Assembly: GCA_964016885.1 (NCBI GenBank)
Contig: OZ024759.1
Location: forward strand, 20,522,001 to 20,586,000
Direction: 5' to 3'
Length of the DNA stretch: 64,000 nt
DNA from: Eledone cirrhosa
Taxonomy: Eukaryota
Shown here: positions 48,892 through 63,081 of the stretch, one piece after another
Layout of the letters: every line of letters starts with the position of its first letter
How positions within the stretch are numbered: position 1 is the stretch's first letter
Notes under the pieces: model-generated
Told to the model about the DNA's origin: nothing
The model's input: only the letters and a program-made list of their open reading frames with translations
Databases searched by the model: none
Program-made: the position numbers and the translations under genes

Positions 48892-51800
48892 TTTCTCTAC
48901 CATATATATATATATACTGTCTCTACCATATATATATATATATATACTGTCTCTACCATATATATACTGTCTCTACCATATATATATATATATTCTCTAC
49001 CATATATACTGTCTCTACCATATATATATATACTGTCTCTACCATATATATATATATATATACTGTCTCTACCATATATATATACTGTCTCTACCATATA
49101 TATATATATACTGTCTCTACCATATATATATATATACTGTCTCTACCATATATACATACTGTCTCTACCATATATATATATATACTGTCTCTACCATATA
49201 TATATATATACTGTCTCTACCATATATATATATACTGTCTCTACCATATATATATACTGTCTCTACCATATATATATACTGTCTCTACCATATATACATA
49301 CTGTCTCTACCATATATATATATACTGTCTCTACCATATATATATATACGGTCTCTACCATATATATATATACTGTCTCTACCATATATATATACTGTCT
49401 CTACCATATATATATATATATACTCTCTCTACCATATATATATACTGTCTCTACCATATATATATATATATATATATACTGTCTCTACCATATATATATA
49501 TATACTGTCTCTACCATATATATATATATATATATATATACTGTCTCTACCATATATATATACTGTCTCTACCATATATATATATATACTGTCTCTACCA
49601 TATATATATATACTGTCTCTACCATATATATATATACTGTCTCTACCATATATATATACTGTCTCTACCATATATATATATACTGTATCTACCATATATA
49701 TATATACTGTCTCTACCATATATATACTGTCTCTACCATATATATATATACTGTCTCTACCATATATATACTGTCTCTACCATATATATACTGTCTCTAC
49801 CATATATATACTGTCTCTACCATATATATATATACTGTCTCTACCATATATATATATATACTGTCTCTACCATATATATATATATATATACTGTCTCTAC
49901 CATATATATATATACGGTCTCTACCATATATATATACTGTCTCTACCATATATATATATACGGTCTCTACCATATATATATATATACTGTCTCTACCATA
50001 TATATATATACTGTCTCTACCATATATATATATATACTGTCTCTACCATATATATATATACTGTCTCTACCATATATATATACTGTCTCTACCATATATA
50101 TATATACTGTCTCTACCATATATATATATATTCTCTACCATATATATATATACTGTCTCTACCATATATATATACTGTCTCTACCATATATATATATACT
50201 GTCTCTACCATATATATATACTGTCTCTACCATATATATATACTGTCTCTACCATATATATATATATATTCTCTACCATATATATATATATATATACTGT
50301 CTCTACCATAAAAAATATATTTATTCTCTACCATATATACTGTCTCTACCATATATATATATACTGTCTCTACCATATATATATACTGTCTCTACCATAT
50401 ATATATACTGTCTCTACCATATATATACTGTCTCTACCATATATATATATATATTCTCTACCATATATATATATATATATTCTCTACCATATATATATAT
50501 ACTGTCTCTACCATAAAAAATATATTTATTCTCTACCATATATACTGTCTCTACCATATATATATATACTGTCTCTACCATATATATATATACTGTCTCT
50601 ACCATCTATATATATACTGTCTCTACCATATATATATATACTGTCTCTACCATATATATATATATATACTGTCACTACCATATATATATATATATATACT
50701 GTCTCTACCATATATATATATACTGTCTCTACCATCTATATATATACTGTCTCTACCATATATATATATATACTGTCTCTACCATATATATATATACTCT
50801 ACCATATATATATATATATTCTCTACTATATATATATATACTGTCTCTACCATATATATATATATATTCCCTACAATATATATATATACTGTCTCTACGA
50901 TATATATATATACATTCTCTACCATATATATATACTGTCTCTACCATATATATATACTGTCTCTACCATATATATATATACATTCTCTACCACATATATA
51001 TATACTGTTTCTACCATATATATATATACTGTCTCTACCATATATATATATATACATTCTCTACCATATATATATATATATATATATACTGTCTCTACCA
51101 TATATATATATATATATATACTGTCTCTACCATCTATATATATACTGTCTCTACCATATATATATATACTGTCTCTACCATATATATATACTGTCTCTAC
51201 CATATATATATATATACTGTCTCTACCATATATATATATATACTGTCTCTACCACATATATATATATACATTCTCTACCATATATATATATATACTGTCT
51301 CTACCATATATATATACTGTCTCTACCATATATATATATACTGTCTCTACCATATATATATATACTGTCTCTACCATATATATATACTGTCTCTACCATA
51401 TATATACTGTCTCTACCATATATATATACTGTCTCTACCATATATATATACTGTCTCTACCATATATATATACTGTCTCTACCATATATATATACTGTCT
51501 CTACCATATATATATATACTGTCTCTACCATATATATATACTGTCTCTACTATATATATATATATATATACTGTCTCTACCATATATATATATATACTGT
51601 CTCTACCATATATATATATATATATATACTGTCTCTACCATATATATACTGTCTCTACCATATATATATATATTCTCTACCATATATACTGTCTCTACCA
51701 TATATATACTGTCTCTACCATATATATATACTGTCTCTACCATATATATACTGTCTCTACCATATATATATATATACTGTCTCTACCATATATATATATA

Positions 51801-53937
51801 TATATACTGTCTCTACCATATATATATACTGTCTCTACCATATATATATATACTGTCTCTACCATATATATATACTGTCTCTACCATATATATATATATA
51901 CTGTCTCTACCATATATATATATACTGTCTCTACCATATATATACTGTCTCTACCATATATATATTTACTGTCTCTACCATATATATACTGTCTCTACCA
52001 TATATATACTGTCTCTACCATATATATACTGTCTCTACCATCTATATATATACATTCTCTACCATATATATATATATACTGTCTCTACCATATATATATA
52101 TACGGTCTCTACCATATATATATATATACTGTCTCTACCATATATATATATACTGTCTCTACCATATATATATATATACTGTCTCTACCATATATATATA
52201 CTGTCTCTACCATATATATATATACTGTCTCTACCATATATATATATATATATTCTCTACCATATATATATATATACTGTCTCTACCATATATATATATA
52301 TACTGTCTACCATATATATATATATACTGTCTCTACCATATATATACTGTCTCTACCATATATATATATATACTGTCTCTACCATATATATATATACTGT
52401 CTCTACCATATATATATATATATTCTCTACCATATATATATATATATATTCTCTACCATATATATATATACTGTCTCTACCATAAAAAATATACTGTCTC
52501 TACCATAAAAAATATATTTATTCTCTACCATATATACTGTCTCTACCATATATATATATACTGTCTCTACCATATATATATATACTGTCTCTACCATCTA
52601 TATATATACTGTCTCTACCATATATATATTTACTGTCTCTACCATATATATATATACTGTCCTTACCATATATATACTGTCTCTACCATATATATATATA
52701 CTGTCTCTACCATATATATACTGTCTCTACCATATATATACTGTCTCTACCATATATATACTGTCTCTACCATCTATATATATACATTCTCTACCATATA
52801 TATATATATACTGTCTCTACCATATATATACTGTCTCTACCATATATATACTGTCTCTACCATATATATACTGTCTCTACCATATATATATATACTGTCT
52901 CTACCATATATATATATATATACTGTCTCTACCATATATATATACTGTCTCTACCATATATGTATATATATACGGTCTCTACCATATATATATATATACT
53001 GTCTCTACCATATATATATATACTGTCTCTACCATATATATATATACTGTCTCTACCATATATATATATACTGTCTCTACCATATATATATATACTGTCT
53101 CTACCATATATATATATACTGTCTCTACCATATATATATATATACTGTCTCTACCATATATATATATATACTGTCTCTACCATATATATATATATACTGT
53201 CTCTACCATATATATATACTGTCTCTACCATATATATATATACTGTCTCTACCATATATATATATACTGTCTCTACCATATATATATATTCTCTACCATA
53301 TATATATATATATATATTCTCTACCATATATATATATATATATTCTCTACCATATATATATATACTGTCTCTACCATAAAAAATATACTGTCTCTACCAT
53401 AAAAAATATATTTATTCTCTACCATATATACTGTCTCTACCATATATATATATACTGTCTCGACCATATATATATATACTGTCTCTACCATCTATATATA
53501 TACTGTCTCTACCATATATATATATACTGTCTCTACCATATATATATACTGTCTCTACCATATATATACTGTCTCTACCATATATATATATATATATACT
53601 CTACCATATATATATATATATTCTCTACCATATATATATAGTCTCTACCATATATATATATATATTCTCTACAATATATATATATACTGTCTCTACCATA
53701 TATATATATACATTCTCTACCATATATATATACTGTCTCTACCATATATATATACTGTCTCTACCATATATATATATATATATATACTGTCTCTACCACA
53801 TATATATACTGTCTCTACCATATATATATATACATTCTCTACCACATATATATATACTGTTTCTACCATATATATATATACTGTCTCTACCATATATATA
53901 TACTGTCTCTACCATATATATATATATACATTCTCTA

Positions 53938-53973
<36 letters not shown>

Positions 53974-55271
53974 TGTCTCTACCATATATATATATATATA
54001 TACTGTCTCTACCATCTATATATATACTGTCTCTACCATATATATATATACTGTCTCTACCATATATATATATATACTGTCTCTACCATATATATATATA
54101 TACTGTCTCTACCATATATATATACTGTCTCTACCATATATATATATACTGTCTCTACCATATATATATACTGTCTCTACCATATATATATACCGTCTCT
54201 ACCATATATATATACTGTCTCTACCATATATATATATATATACTGTCTCTACCATATATATATATATATATATACTGTCTCTACCATATATATATATATA
54301 TATATATACTGTCTCTACCACATATATATATACTGTCTCAACCATATATATATATACTGTCTCTACCATATATATATATACTGTCTCTACCATATATATA
54401 TATACTGTCTCTACCATATATATATACTGTCTCTACCATATATATATATATATATATACTGTCTCTACCATATATATATATATATACATTCTCTACCATA
54501 TATATATATATATATATATATATACTGTCTCTACCATATATATATATATATATACTGTCTCTACCATATATATATATACTGTCTCTACCATATATATATA
54601 TATACTGTCTCTACCATATATATATATATACTATCTCTACCATATATATATATATACTGTCTCTACCATATATATATATACTGTCTCTACCATATATATA
54701 TATACTGTCTCTACCATATATATATATACTGTCTCTACCATATATATATATTCTCTACCATATATATATATATATATTCTCTACCATATATATATATATA
54801 TTCTCTACCATATATATATATACTGTCTCTACCATAAAAAATATACTGTCTCTACCATAAAAAATATATTTATTCTCTACCATATATACTGTCTCTGCCA
54901 TATATATATATACTATCTCCACCATATATATATATACTGTCTCTACCATATATATATATACTGTCTCTACCATCTATATATATACTGTTTCTACCATATA
55001 TATATATACTGTCTCTGCCATATATATATACTGTCTCTACCATATATATACTGTCTCTACCATATATATATATATATATACTCTACCATATATATATATA
55101 TATTCTCTACCATATATATATATTCTCTACCATATATATATATACTGTCTCTACCATATATATATATATATTCTCTACAATATATATATATATATTCTCT
55201 ACAATATATATATATACTGTCTCTACCATATATATATATACATTCTCTACCATATATATATACTGTCTCTA

Positions 55272-55302
<31 letters not shown>

Positions 55303-58300
55303 CTGTCTCTACCATATATATATACTGTCTCTACCATATATATATATACATTCTCTACCACATATATATATACTGTTTCTACCATATATATATATATACA
55401 TTCTCTACCATATATATATATATATATATATACTGTCTCTACCATATATATATATATATATATACTGTCTCTACCATCTATATATATACTGTCTCTACCA
55501 TATATATATATACTGTCTCTACCATATATATATATATACTGTCTCTACCATATATATATATACACTGTCTCTACCATATATATATACTGTCTCTACCATA
55601 TATATATACTGTCTCTACCATATATATATACTGTCTCTACCATATATATATACTGTCTCTACCATATATATATATACTGTCTCTACCATATATATATATA
55701 CTGTCTCTACCATATATATATACTGTCTCTACCATATATATATATATACTGTCTCTACCATATATATACTGTCTCTACCATATATATATACTGTCTCTAC
55801 CATATATATATATATATATACTGTCTCTACCACATATATATATACTGTCTCAACCATATATATATATACTGTCTCTACCATATATATATATACTGTCTCT
55901 ACCATATATATATATATACTGTCTCTACCATATATATATATATACTGTCTCTACCATATATATATATACTGTCTCTACCATATATATATATACTGTCTCT
56001 ACCATATATATATACTGTCTCTACCATATATATATACTGTCTCTACTGTCTCTACCATATATATATATATATATACTGTCTCTACCATATATATACTGTC
56101 TCTACCATATATATATATACTGCCTCTACCATATATATATATACTGTCTCTACCATATATATATATACTGTCTCTACCATATATATATATACTGTCTCTA
56201 CCATATATATATATACTGTCTCTACCATATATATATATACTGTCTCTACCATATATATATATATACTGTCTCTACCATATATATACTGTCTCTACCATAT
56301 ATATACTGTCTCTACCATATATATATATACTGTCTCAACCATATATATATATACTGTCTCAACCATATATATATATACTGTCTCTACCATATATATATAT
56401 ACTGTCTCTACCATATATATATATACTGTCTCTACCATATATATATATACTGTCTCTACCATATATATATATATACTGTCTCTACCATATATATATATAT
56501 ACTGTCTCTACCATATATATATATACTGTCTCTACCATATATATATATACACTGTCTCAACCATATATATATATACTGTCTCAACCATATATATATATAC
56601 TGCTCTACCATATATATATATATACTGTCTCTACCATATATATATATACTGTCTCTACCATATATATATATATATATACTGTCTCTACCATATATATATA
56701 TATATATACTGTCTCTACCATATATATATATATACTGTCTCTACCATATATATATATACTGTCTCAACCATATATATATATACTGTCTCAACCATATATA
56801 TATATACTGTCTCTACCATATATATATATATACTGTCTCTACCATATATATATATATATACTGTCTCTACCATATATATATATACTGTCTCTACCATATA
56901 TATATATACTGTCTCTACCATATATATATATACTGTCTCTACCATATATATATATACTGTCTCTACCATATATATATATATACTGTCTCTACCATATATA
57001 TATATACTGTCTCTACCATATATATATATACTGTCTCTACCATATATATATATATATTCTCTACAATATATATATATACTGTCTCTACCATATATATATA
57101 TATATTCTCTACCATATATATATACTGTCTCTACCATATATATATACTGTCTCTACCATATATATATATATACTGTCTCTACCATATATATATACTGTCT
57201 CTACCATATATATATATACTGTCTCTACCATATATATATACTGTCTCTACCATATATATATACCGTCTCTACCATATATATATACTGTCTCTACCATATA
57301 TATATATATATACTGTCTCTACCATATATATATATATATATATACTGTCTCTACCATATATATATATATATATATATACTGTCTCTACCACATATATATA
57401 TACTGTCTCAACCATATATATATATACTGTCTCTACCATATATATATATACTGTCTCTACCATATATATATATACTGTCTCTACCATATATATATATACT
57501 GTCTCTACCATATATATATACTGTCTCTACCATATATATATATATATATATACTGTCTCTACCATATATATATATATATACATTCTCTACCATATATATA
57601 TATATATATATATATATACTGTCTCTACCATATATATATATATATATACTGTCTCTACCATATATATATATACTGTCTCTACCATATATATATATATACT
57701 GTCTCTACCATATATATATATATACTATCTCTACCATATATATATATATACTGTCTCTACCATATATATATATACTGTCTCTACCATATATATATATACT
57801 GTCTCTACCATATATATATATACTGTCTCTACCATATATATATATTCTCTACCATATATATATATATATATTCTCTACCATATATATATATATATTCTCT
57901 ACCATATATATATATACTGTCTCTACCATAAAAAATATACTGTCTCTACCATAAAAAATATATTTATTCTCTACCATATATACTGTCTCTGCCATATATA
58001 TATATACTATCTCCACCATATATATATATACTGTCTCTACCATATATATATATACTGTCTCTACCATCTATATATATACTGTTTCTACCATATATATATA
58101 TACTGTCTCTGCCATATATATATACTGTCTCTACCATATATATACTGTCTCTACCATATATATATATATATATACTCTACCATATATATATATATATTCT
58201 CTACCATATATATATATTCTCTACCATATATATATATACTGTCTCTACCATATATATATATATATTCTCTACAATATATATATATATATTCTCTACAATA

Positions 58301-58365
58301 TATATATATACTGTCTCTACCATATATATATATACATTCTCTACCATATATATATACTGTCTCTA

Positions 58366-58399
<34 letters not shown>

Positions 58400-60345
58400 T
58401 GTCTCTACCATATATATATACTGTCTCTACCATATATATATATACATTCTCTACCACATATATATATACTGTTTCTACCATATATATATATATACATTCT
58501 CTACCATATATATATATATATATATATACTGTCTCTACCATATATATATATATATATATACTGTCTCTACCATCTATATATATACTGTCTCTACCATATA
58601 TATATATACTGTCTCTACCATATATATATATATACTGTCTCTACCATATATATATATACACTGTCTCTACCATATATATATACTGTCTCTACCATATATA
58701 TATACTGTCTCTACCATATATATATACTGTCTCTACCATATATATATACTGTCTCTACCATATATATATATACTGTCTCTACCATATATATATATACTGT
58801 CTCTACCATATATATATACTGTCTCTACCATATATATATATATATACTGTCTCTACCATATATATACTGTCTCTACCATATATATATACTGTCTCTACCA
58901 TATATATATATATATATACTGTCTCTACCACATATATATATACTGTCTCAACCATATATATATATACTGTCTCTACCATATATATATATACTGTCTCTAC
59001 CATATATATATATATACTGTCTCTACCATATATATATATATACTGTCTCTACCATATATATATATACTGTCTCTACCATATATATATATACTGTCTCTAC
59101 CATATATATATACTGTCTCTACCATATATATATACTGTCTCTACTGTCTCTACCATATATATATATATATATACTGTCTCTACCATATATATACTGTCTC
59201 TACCATATATATATATACTGCCTCTACCATATATATATATACTGTCTCTACCATATATATATATACTGTCTCTACCATATATATATATACTGTCTCTACC
59301 ATATATATATATACTGTCTCTACCATATATATATATACTGTCTCTACCATATATATATATATACTGTCTCTACCATATATATACTGTCTCTACCATATAT
59401 ATACTGTCTCTACCATATATATATATACTGTCTCAACCATATATATATATATACTGTCTCAACCATATATATATATACTGTCTCTACCATATATATATAT
59501 ACTGTCTCTACCATATATATATATACTGTCTCTACCATATATATATATACTGTCTCTACCATATATATATATATACTGTCTCTACCATATATATATATAT
59601 ACTGTCTCTACCATATATATATATACTGTCTCTACCATATATATATATACACTGTCTCAACCATATATATATATACTGTCTCAACCATATATATATATAC
59701 TGTCTCTACCATATATATATATATACTGTCTCTACCATATATATATACTGTCTCTACCATATATATATATATATATACTGTCTCTACCATATATATATAT
59801 ATATATACTGTCTCTACCATATATATATATATACTGTCTCTACCATATATATATATACTGTCTCAACCATATATATATATACTGTCTCAACCATATATAT
59901 ATATACTGTCTCTACCATATATATATATATACTGTCTCTACCATATATATATATATATACTGTCTCTACCATATATATATATACTGTCTCTACCATATAT
60001 ATATATACTGTCTCTACCATATATATATATACTGTCTCTACCATATATATATATACTGTCTCTACCATATATATATATATACTGTCTCTACCATATATAT
60101 ATATACTGTCTCTACCATATATATATATACTGTCTCTACCATATATATATATATATTCTCTACAATATATATATATACTGTCTCTACCATATATATATAT
60201 ATATTCTCTACCATATATATATACTGTCTCTACCATATATATATACTGTCTCTACCATATATATATATATACTGTCTCTACCATATATATATATATAGTC
60301 TCTACCATATATATATATATATATATATATATACATTCTCTACCA
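48892..60345 (+). repeat. Satellite/minisatellite array, monomer CTGTCTCTACC(AT)nA with variable AT spacer (mostly ~18-40 bp)
   Basis: Hundreds of consecutive CTGTCTCTACC cores separated by (AT)n. Recurrent variants include TTCTCTACC, CATTCTCTACC, CTGTCTCAACC, CGGTCTCTACC and CATAAAAAATATATTTATTCTCTACC. Confidence 0.98.
54066..60290 (+). repeat. Tandem duplication of ~3.07-3.10 kb inside the CTGTCTCTACC(AT)n array
   Basis: Rare variants recur in the same order at offsets 3,070-3,099: ACCGTCTC (54,192/57,262), CTCTACTGTCTCTAC (~56,041/~59,139) and TGCCTCTAC (~56,121/~59,219). Matching ORF pairs are 54755/57849 and 56715/59814. Confidence 0.92.
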
Positions 60346-60459
60346 ATAGTCCTCCCTTATATTCAGGTATATAAGGTATACCCTTCCGCCTCTCTCTCTT
60401 ACCAATTATTTCTCTACATATATACCCCTCTGTCTTACCATGTCATTCTCTAGATATCT

Positions 60460-60815
60460 ACCCTCCCCCCCTCTCTCACTGTTTCTTTCTTCCTTTACTT
60501 CTTTCATTCTTTTCTTTCTCTTCAATTTTTCTCTTTTCCCTTTTCTCTCCTTCACCCCTCTCTTCCTTCTTTCTCTCCTTCACCCCCTCCCTCCCTTCTT
60601 TCTCTCCCTCACCCCCTACCTCCCTTCTTTCTCTCCTTCACCCCCTCCCTCCCTCCCTTCCTTCTTTCTCTCTACCTATATATCTTACTCTCTCTCTTAC
60701 CGTTTCTTTCATTATTCCACTTTTTCCATACATTTCATTCCTTCAATTCATCTTTTACCTCATTTTCTCTTTCATCTATTTTTATTTATTTTCATTACTT
60801 TTTCCTTCTTTGAAT
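60460..60815. repeat. Polypyrimidine low-complexity tract containing a ~29-bp minisatellite (TTCTTTCTCTCCTTCACCCCCTCCCTCCC, ~4 copies at ~60,540-60,670)
   Basis: The + strand is almost purely C/T, and TTCTCTCC(T/C)TCACCCC recurs at ~29-bp spacing. Confidence 0.85.
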
Positions 60816-60857
60816 TCTCATTTTTTGTGTTTAAGTACACTCTCTCACCCTTTCATT

Positions 60858-61446
60858 TTACATATATATATATATATGTATGTATGTGTGTGTGTGTGTG
60901 GATATGTGAGTATATATATATATATATACGTGTGTGTGTGTGTGTGGATATGTGAGTATATATATATATATATATACGCGTGTGTTGATATATATGTGTG
61001 TATGTGAGTATATTTTTTTATATATATATATGTGTGTGTGTCTGTATGTTTGTGAATCTGTGTGGTATATATATATATGCATGTGTATATCTATATATAT
61101 ACATGTGTATATGTATATATATATATATGCATGTGTATATATATATATATATATATAATATGCATGTGTATATGTATATATATAGATGCATGTATATGTG
61201 TATATATATATGCATGTGCATATGTGTATATATATATGCATGTGCATATGTATATATATAGATGCATGTGCATATGTATATATATAGATGCATGTATATA
61301 TGTATATATATATGCATGTATATATATGTATATATATATATACATGTGTATATGTATATATAAATGTGTGTGTATATGTGTCTGTGTATATGTATATATA
61401 TATATGTATATATATGTATATATATATATATATATGTATATATATA
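60858..61446. repeat. Compound (TA)n/(TG)n microsatellite with GGATATGTGAG and ATGCATGTG sub-repeats
   Basis: Alternating purine-pyrimidine runs. GGATATGTGAGTATATA occurs at ~60,900 and ~60,946, and ATGCATGT recurs through ~61,077-61,320. Confidence 0.93.
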
Positions 61447-61496
61447 GTGGAGAGGCGTTTGTGTATATGCCTCTATTTAAAATCTCCCTCCCTACA

Positions 61497-61775
61497 ATCT
61501 CTCTCTCTACCCCACTCTCTCTCTCTGTCTCTCCTTGTCTCCCTGTCTATCTCTCTCTCTCTCTCTCTCACACTCCATCACTTTATTCTTGATCAGTATG
61601 TGTCCTATCAATCACTGTATCTATATACATATATTGATTGATTGATCTCCAATTTTCTGTCTGTCTATTCCTCTTTACACACACACACATACAGACACAC
61701 ACACACACACTCACACTCACACACACCCACCCACACACTCACACTCCCACACACACACACTCCCATACACACACA
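61497..61775. repeat. (CT)n tract (~61,497-61,570) and (CA)n tract (~61,676-61,775)
   Basis: Dinucleotide runs seen directly. Confidence 0.9.
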
Positions 61776-61835
61776 TATATGTATTGATAGATGCAACTAC
61801 ATATGTAGATAAGTATACAGAAATGGATAGAGGAA

Positions 61836-62449
61836 ATATATATATATATATGTCTGTGTATGTATATATATATGTGTATATATGTGTGAATGTATATATA
61901 TATGCATGTGTGTATGTATGTGTGTATATGTGCGTGTATATATATGTGCGTGTATATATATATGTGTGTATATATGTGTGTATATATGTGTGTGTGTATG
62001 TATATATATATATGTGTGTGTATATGTATATATGTATATATATATATATATATATGTGTGTGTATATATGTATATATGTGTGTGTATATATGTATATATG
62101 TGTGTGTATATATGTATATATGTGTGTGTATATATGTATATATATGTGTGTGTGTATATATGTATATATATGTGTGTGTGTATATATGTGTGTGTACATA
62201 TATATGTGTGTGTGTGTGTGTATATATATGTGTGTATATATATATATGTGTGTATATATGTATATTGTATATGTGTGTGTATATATGTATATATGTGTGT
62301 GTATATATGTATATGTGTGTGTGTGTATATATGTATATATGTGTGTGTGTATATATGTATATATATATATATATATATGTGTGTATATATGTGTGTGTAT
62401 ATATGTATATATATGTGTATGTGTGTATATATGTATATATATAAATGTA

Positions 62450-62486
<37 letters not shown>

Positions 62487-62500
62487 GGAGAGAGATGAGA
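61836..62500. repeat. Compound (TA)n/(TG)n microsatellite ending in (GA)n
   Basis: About 630 bp of TA/TG alternation followed by (GA)n at ~62,470-62,500. Confidence 0.95.
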
Positions 62501-62599
62501 TAGCTGCACCACGTGCTTCAGCAGGTTCACTCAGGTTCAATAACATCCGCTTGAAGCCAAGTAGAAATGTTCCGATAGCTTCAATGAAGCATCCCCCTT

Positions 62600-62673
62600 A
62601 TCCTCATCCTCCCCCTCTTCCCTCCCCTCCTTAACCTCCTCCCTCTCCTCCTACTCCTCCTCCTTGTCCTCCT
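62600..62673. repeat. Imperfect (CCT)n trinucleotide tract
   Basis: CCTCATCCTCCCCCTCTTCC...CTCCTCCTCCTTGTCCTCCT seen directly. Confidence 0.85.
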
Positions 62674-62820
62674 ACAGATGTGAATGAACATTCTGTAGCT
62701 CAAGTGGTTTCTCTGAGAAACACAAAGACCACATGGCTCACATGATGTAGTTACTGGTTAAAGTTAAAGAGTCATTGGTGCAATATGGGTTACCAAACCA
62801 CTACAATCATACATAGCACA

Positions 62821-62851
<31 letters not shown>

Positions 62852-62881
62852 GTGTGTGTGTGTATGTGTGTATATATATAT

Positions 62882-63081
62882 AACAAAGGAAGTGTGGTAA
62901 GGAACCAGATGGACCATAATGCACCAGCGTACTCAATACTTAGGGTAGTGGAGTGGGAAATAGGAACAAGTATGACCCCGACGGCAGAGCTCAAGCCGTT
63001 TCGACGGCTATTTCTGGACTCGGAGTCCAGAAATAGCCGTCGAAACGGCTTGAGCTCTGCCGTCGGGGTCATACTTTTTCT

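Noticed and set aside
48753-52485. 1,230-aa and 587-aa ORFs rich in Y/I (YTVSTI, ILSLPY, YCLYH)
   Set aside because: These are translations of CTGTCTCTACC(AT)n, which lacks stop codons in every + frame. They are not proteins.
48892-60345. CRISPR-like appearance (constant repeat plus variable spacer)
   Set aside because: The repeat is only 11 bp, the spacers are just (AT)n of differing length, no cas genes are present and the context is eukaryotic.
62578-62590. Small palindrome GCTTCA-A-TGAAGC
   Set aside because: Six-bp arms are expected by chance, and there is no supporting context.
63020-63060. Hammerhead ribozyme (GAGTCC...AAATAG...CGAAAC resembles the stem II/GAAAC region of retroelement hammerheads)
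   Set aside because: There is no CUGANGA core on either strand and no complementary stem II (GTCC lacks a downstream GGAC partner before GAAA). At most it is a truncated relic.
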